The notes under the pieces: generated by a model
Database searches by the model: none
The model's input: the letters and a program-made list of their open reading frames with translations, nothing else
Told to the model about the DNA's origin: nothing
Origin: Dendrobates tinctorius
Lineage: Eukaryota
Assembly: GCF_039654945.1 (NCBI RefSeq)
Contig: NW_027361688.1
Coordinates: forward strand, 1,736,001 to 1,800,000
DNA: 64,000 nt
Direction: 5' to 3'
Shown: in pieces, positions 57,866 to 64,000 of the stretch
How positions within the stretch are numbered: position 1 is the first letter of the stretch
Layout: the number at the start of each line of letters is the position of its first letter
Translations under genes and position numbers: made by a program

Positions 57866-59313
57866 CACTGCTCAAAAAAATAAAGGGAACACTAAAATAC
57901 CACATCCTAGATATCTCTGAATGAAATATTCCAGTTGCAAATTTTTATTCATTGCATAGTGAAATGTGTTCAGGACAAAAAAACATAACCATGATCAGTG
58001 TAAATCAAAATGAATATCCCATGGAGGACTGGATTTGGAATGATTCTCAAAATCAAAGTGGAAAATCAAATTACAGGCTGATCCAACTTCAGTGGAAATG
58101 CCTCAGGACAAGGAAAAGATGCTCAGTAGTGTGTGTGGCCTCCACGTGCCTGTATGACCTCCTTACTGTACAACGCCTGGGCATGCTCCTGATGAGGCGG
58201 CGGATGGTGTCCTGAGGGGTCTCCTCCCAGACCTGGACTAAAGCATCCGCCAACTCCTGGACAGTCTGTGGTGCAATGTGACGTTGGTGGATGGAGCGAG
58301 ACATGATGTCCCAGATGTGCTCAATCGGATTCAGGCCTGGGGAACGGGCAGGCCAATCCATAGCTTCAGTGCCTTCATCTTGCAGGAACTGCTGACACAC
58401 TCCAGCCACATGAGGTCTAGCATTGTCCTGCATTAGGAGGAACCCAGGACCAACCTCACCAGCATATGATTTCACAAGAGGTCTGAGGATCTCATCTCGG
58501 TACCTAATGGCAGTCGGGCTACCACTGGTGAGCACATGAAGGGCTGTGCGGCCCTCCAAAGAAATGTCACCCCACACCATTACTGACCCACTGCCAAACC
58601 GGTCATGCTGAAGGATGTTGCAGGCAGCAGATCACTCTCCACGGTGTCTCCAGACTCTGTCACATCTGTGGACGTCGGGCCCTCAGACCATCCTCATGGA
58701 GTCAGTTTCTAACCGTTTGTGCAGACACATGCACATTTGTGGCCTGCTGGAGGTAATTTTTCAGGGCTCTGGCAGTGTTCCTCCTCTTCCTCCTTGCACA
58801 AAGGCGGAGGTAGCGGTCCTGCTGCTGGGTTGTTGCCCTCCTACGGCCCCCTCCACGTCTCCTGGTGCACTGGCCTTTCTCCTGGTAGCACCTCCAGCCT
58901 CTGGACACTACACTGACAGACACAGCACACCTTCTTGCCACAGCTCGCATTGATGTGCCATCCTGGATGAGCTGCACTCCCTGAGCCACTTGTGTGGGTT
59001 GTAGAGTCCGTCTCATGCTACCACGAGTGTGAAAGTACAACCAACATTCAAAAGTGACCAAAACATCAGCCAGAAAGCATTGGTACTGAGATGTGGTCTG
59101 TGGTCCCCAACTGCAGAACCACTCCTTTATTGAGGGTGTCTTGATAATTGCCAATAATTTCCATCTGTCGTCTATTCCATTTCCACCACAGCATGTGACA
59201 TTGATTGTCAGTCAGTGTTGCTTCCTAAGTGGGCAGTTTGATTTCACAGAAGTCTGATTTACTTGGAGTTATATTCTGTTGTTTAAGTGTTCCCTTTATT
59301 TTTTTGAGCAATG
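57866..59313 (-). mobile_element. Tc1 DNA transposon (DD34E, ~28-bp TIRs), internally deleted
   Basis: TIR CACTGCTCAAAAAAATAAAGGGAACACT; TA on the right, CA on the left. Confidence 0.93.
58123..59016 (-). pseudogene. Tc1 transposase pseudogene
   Basis: [26 protein letters not shown]-34-LNPIE, GGHTHY*; first catalytic D region deleted near 58670. Confidence 0.9.
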
Positions 59314-59912
59314 TATATTTTTGCATCAGTATTTAGTCACAAAGTTGCACATTTTTGTTATAGTATTTTTTTACTTTTTTTATTTTTTTTTCTTATTTGT
59401 AATTTTGCTTTTTTTTTTCCTTGTTAATGTTTTGATTCTTTTCCAATTTCCTCTTTATTTCTTTGTATCTGAATTGTAAATAATTTGCTGCATTTTTGGC
59501 ATTTTCCATGGAGCGGCCGCCGTGCTCAAGCTCGCCCCGGAGGTTTTTGCATAGTGCAATGACCTTTGCCTCTGTGATAAGATGATTTGAGCCCTTTACA
59601 GAACAGTGGATTTCATAGAGAATTGCACGACTAGCAATCACCTAAAGTCTTTCTCAGCCATGCAGGACCATCAGCACCTGCTGTTTCGGGCGGCCTGTAC
59701 ACTGTGTACGTTGCAGTAGATGCAGGCTGCCATAAAATACCCATATGCCATAGGATGATCCGCACGGCTGCGTTATAGTTGGGCAGTTTTGCTGCATCCG
59801 GACTCGTGCGGAGCCATGTTTGAGGATTTTGGGGAAGTAATAAAAGCAAAGTGACATGTTGTGAGCAGCGCTCCCTTGTATGTGACTAAATCCTCCCTGG
59901 ACGATCCTCTGT

Positions 59913-60525
59913 GATCAGGAGGGAAGCTGCGGGCGGTCAGGAGGGAAAGTGCAGGCAGGCGGGAGGGAAGGTGCGGGCGATCAGGAGGGAAGCTGCGAGC
60001 AGGCAGTAGGGAAAGTGCAGGCAGGCAGGAAGGTGCAGGTGATCAGGAGGGAAGCTGCAGGCGGTCGGGAGGGAAGGTGCGGGCGATCAGGAGGGAAGCT
60101 GCAGGCGGTCGGGAGGGAAGGTGCGGGCGATCAGGAGGGAAGGTGCGGGCGATCAGGAGGGAAGCTGCGAGCAGGCAGGAGGGAAAGTGCAGGCAGGAAG
60201 GAAGGTGCAGTCGATCAGGAGGGAAGCTGCGAGCAGGCAGGGAAAGTGCGGGCGATCAAGAGGGAAGCTGCGAGCAGGCAGGAGGGAAGGTGCGGACGAT
60301 CAGGAGGGAAGCTGCAGGCAGGAGGGAAGGTGCAGGAGATCAGGAGGGAAGCTGCGAGCAGTCAGGGAAAGTGTAGGCGGTCAGGAGGGAAGCTGCGAGC
60401 AGGCAGAAGGGAAGCTGCGGCCGGTCAGGAGGGAGGCTGCGAGCAGGCAGAGGGGAGGCTGCGGGCGGTCAGGAGGGAGGCTGCAGGCGATCAGGAGGGA
60501 GGCTGCAGACGATCAGGAGGGATGT
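59913..60525 (+). repeat. Purine-rich degenerate minisatellite (GATCAGGAGGGAAGCTGCGGGC-like, ~22 bp)
   Basis: Tandem variable units. Confidence 0.88.
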
Positions 60526-61084
60526 TACTTGGCTGGGTCAGGAAGAATCTAACTTTTTCTCCTACTTAGTTTATATTATAAATCAATATGGAAGGCAGTG
60601 CGGGATATCAACTGAATGAATGAAAAGGGAAGAGACTGGATTTTTAAATGTTTATTACCAAGGGCTGCTTTAGTCTTGTTATTGTCGTCACACATGAGGC
60701 TTACGGGCCCTTATACTGGGACTGTAGGTTCTCTGTGTGACACCTTGCTGGCTCTGTGCACACAGATGTGACAGGCTGCAGAAATAATGATGCTTTCAAC
60801 CAACTTTATTTATATAGTAAATGGACAGTCCCTTTAAATGAGACCAGTAAACAAGCAGTGATGGTGGTATGGGAAGTTCTGGATGTTTTTGAAGGAGAAC
60901 AATAATGAACAGACAGGGATAGATGGTGACAGCGCTCGCACTATCCTGATTATTATCATACGGGAACTTTACACCGTCTTTGGCAGAAGTCCCAGAGACA
61001 AACGGAGGAGCCCGATCTCCCGCTAAATGTCAGGAGCAGCTCCTGGAGATGCGCCTTCTGTGATATGTGTATCAGTGTTCCAGT

Positions 61085-61905
61085 CAGAGATGCGCCCCCG
61101 TAAGTGTCTCAACCACACTTGTGCCCCCATAAGTGTTCCAGTCACAGATGTGCCCCCCATAAATGTCCCAGCTGTAGATGTGCCCCCATAAGTGTCCCAG
61201 CCGTAGATTTGCCCCCATAAGTGTCCCAGCCGTAGATGTGCCCCCATAAGTGTCCCAGCCGTAGATGTGCCCCCATAAGTGTCCCAGCCGTAGATGTGCC
61301 CCCATAAGTGTCCCAGCCGTAGATGTGCCCCCATAAGTGTCCCAGCCGTAGATGTGCCCCCATAAGTGTCCCAGCCGTAGATGTGCCCCCATAAGTGTCC
61401 CAGCTGCAGATGTGCCCCCATAAGTGTCCCAGCTGCAGATGTGCCCCCATAAGCGTCCCAGCCGCAGATGTGCCCCCATAAGCGTCCCAGCCGCAGATGT
61501 GCCCCCATAAGTGTCCCAGCCGTAGATGTGCCCCCATAAGTGTCCCAGCCGTAGATGTGCCCCCATAAGTGTCCCAGCCGTAGATGTGCCCCCATAAGTG
61601 TCCCAGCCGTAGATGTGCCCCCATAAGTGTCCCAGCCGTAGATGTGCCCCCATAAGTGTCCCAGCCGTAGATGTGCCCCCATAAGTGTCCCAGCCGCAAA
61701 CGTGCCCCCATAAGTGTCCCACCTGCAGATGTGCCCCCATAAGTGTCCCACCTGCAGATGTGCCCCCATAAGTGTCCCACCTGCAGATGTGCCCCCATAA
61801 GTATCCCAGCCGCAAACGTGCCCCCATAAGTGTCCCAGCCGTAGATGTGCCCCCATAAGTGTCCCAGCCGCAAATGTGCCCCCATAAGTGTCCCAGCCGC
61901 AGATG
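61085..61905 (+). repeat. 29-bp minisatellite (GATGTGCCCCCATAAGTGTCCCAGCCGTA)n
   Basis: Period 29 read directly. Confidence 0.96.
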
Positions 61906-62736
61906 AGCCATATAAGCATCACAAATGTATCCTGGCCATAGAAGTTCCCCTATAACTGTCCTAGTAGCGGATGACCCCCATAAGCTCCCCAGGCACACGT
62001 GACCCTCTCCTCCGGACGTGACCCTGTGTTGCGGCCGCTGTGCTTCTCGGATACCTGTGACCCCAGTAATAGGAGGACGACGCGGCGGCTCGATCCCTCA
62101 TCTGAACACTTTATGATATTTATTCAGCGAGTTTTGGGTGATAAGACTGTTTGGCCGCTGAGATCTGCGGTATTTATGGCAGCACCATTGTTAGCAGAGG
62201 ACATGAACGAATTGATCGGGCAATTCAGGTGGAATGAAGCCCAATCCGGAGTCACATGACCGCGGGGGCGTCCGTCCGTTATTTTGGGCAATAAGGTCCG
62301 TTAGATGCAGGATTTAGTTGCCGGTCCCCCCATGGATTGTGAGGTAAAGTCTTGTGCCTTGTATTCACATTAATAGGGCTGAGCTGCAATTCCCAACAAG
62401 GCCATGGATGAGAGTGGCGCTGTTTCTGTATCAGAAGTATTTTTAAAAGTGGATTGTTAGGTTTAATAATATCAGACTCTCAGATACTGGAGCTGCTGTG
62501 TTGTGTCCTCATGTGAATCCGGTAGCGCAACTGTGACGAGCTCCAGAATTACCGACGACTTCACTGATATAAACACGTCAGTCCTTTATTATAAAACTGT
62601 TACGGCGTGCGAGACTCGGCGACACGTCCCATAGATTAACGAGAGGCTGCACTGAGAGATGCCAGCTGTGTAATGTCTGCTGTGCTCAGTGCTGCCCCCC
62701 TAGAGAATAGAGGGGAGTGGATCTGACTGATAAAAG

Positions 62737-63437
62737 TGATATAATACCGCCTATGTGCAAGAATATAACTACTATAATGCTGCCCCCTATGTACAAGAAT
62801 ATAACTACTATAATACTGCTCCTATGTACGAGAATATAACTACTATAATACTGCCCCCTATGTACAAGAATATAATTACTATAATACTGCCCCTATGTAC
62901 AATAATATAACTACTATAATACTGCCTCCTATGTACAAGAATATAAATACTATAATACAGCTCCTATGTACAAGAATATAACTACTATAATACTGCTCCT
63001 ATGTACAATAATATAACTACTATAATACTGCTCCCTATGTACAAGAATATAAATACTATAATACAGCTCCTATGTACAGGAAGATAACTACTATAATACT
63101 GCCCCTATGTACAAGAATATAACTACTATAATACAGCTCCTATGTACAGGAAGATAACTACTATAATACTGCCCCTATGTACAAGAATATAACTACTATA
63201 ATACTGTCCCCTATGTACAAGAATATAACTACTATAATACTGCCCCCTATGTACAAGAATATAACTACTATAATACTGCCCCTTTGTACAAGAATATAAC
63301 TAGTATAATACTGCCCCTATGTACAAGAATATAACTACTATAATACTGCCCCTATGTACAAGAATATAACTACTATAATACTGCCCCTATGTACAAGAAT
63401 ATAACTACTATAATACTGCCCCTATTTGTAAGAATAT
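62737..63437 (-). repeat. 35-36 bp minisatellite, same family as 609-7218, inverted
   Basis: Units CCTATGTACAAGAATATAACTACTATAATACTGCC. Confidence 0.96.
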
Positions 63438-63833
63438 GACCGGCTCTGAGGTCGCCGACTGATAATACAGATGGATATCGGAGGAATGACAATTATGAGA
63501 TGCGGCTTTTTTCCTCAGTGTAATGATAACATGACGAATTGTAATTTGGTCGTTGTGTTGCGCTCGATATTCTGGATAACTTGTTAGAGTCGGTGATTAT
63601 TCTGTGTCCTGTGCAAATCAATTTAAGTAATGACTGCTATTTTAAAAATGAGCAAAAAAACACAACATCTGCTTACATCACGTGTGCAACGTCTTCATTT
63701 TTTATCGTCCATAAACTGTAGAAGCTGAGACATCGCTGATTCTGGTATATTACAGAGAAGTTTCAGATCTTTTTAACTCCAGCTTTTTTACTGTGACCTG
63801 ATAGAAAAAGCAATTATTTAATTTATTTTCAAA

Positions 63834-64000
63834 GTGCAGTCACTGTGTACACACATTACATTACTGATCCTGAGTTACCGCCTGTATTGTACCCTAGAGC
63901 TGCACTCACTATTCTGCTGGTGCAGTCACTGTGTACATACATTACATTACTGATCCTGAGTTACCGCCTGTATTGTACCCTAGAGCTGCACTCACTATTC
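63834..64000 (+). repeat. 86-bp satellite, same family as 21638-25490, truncated by the window end
   Basis: About two units visible. Confidence 0.93.

Noticed and set aside
61023-61998. Three minus-strand ORFs (GTLMGAHL repeats)
   Set aside because: 29-bp tandem repeat, open in all frames.

Overview
Vertebrate genomic DNA, most likely from an anuran frog (inferred from gene similarity plus the TE and minisatellite types). It holds the conserved FGFR1OP2 <- -> INTS13 -> ITPR2 block. FGFR1OP2 is on the minus strand (5 coding exons, 215 aa) and head-to-head with INTS13/ASUN on the plus strand (16 coding exons, 704 aa), sharing a CpG-island bidirectional promoter at ~11.8-12.1 kb. ITPR2 coding exon 1 is at 34916-35007, and its intron 1 runs past the window end. 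Many introns are tiny (69-125 nt); others are inflated almost entirely by repeats. These include four degenerate Tc1 (DD34E) transposons plus a relic, PIF/Harbinger-type and TTAA-type MITEs, a solo LTR, an L2-type LINE fragment, about a dozen minisatellite arrays (up to 9.4 kb), a telomere-like array nested in a MITE, and a structurally complete 6.2-kb DIRS1 tyrosine-recombinase retrotransposon. Most long ORFs in the track are artefacts of stop-free tandem repeats. The best leads are: a duplicated two-hairpin, splice-signal module with a compensatory change in the DIRS leader; a TE-borne telomeric array with strict higher-order periodicity; a dispersed minisatellite that appears to have a fixed terminus; and an octamer/GC/CCAAT cluster in the last INTS13 intron. 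Coordinates were read by eye and no database searches were run.
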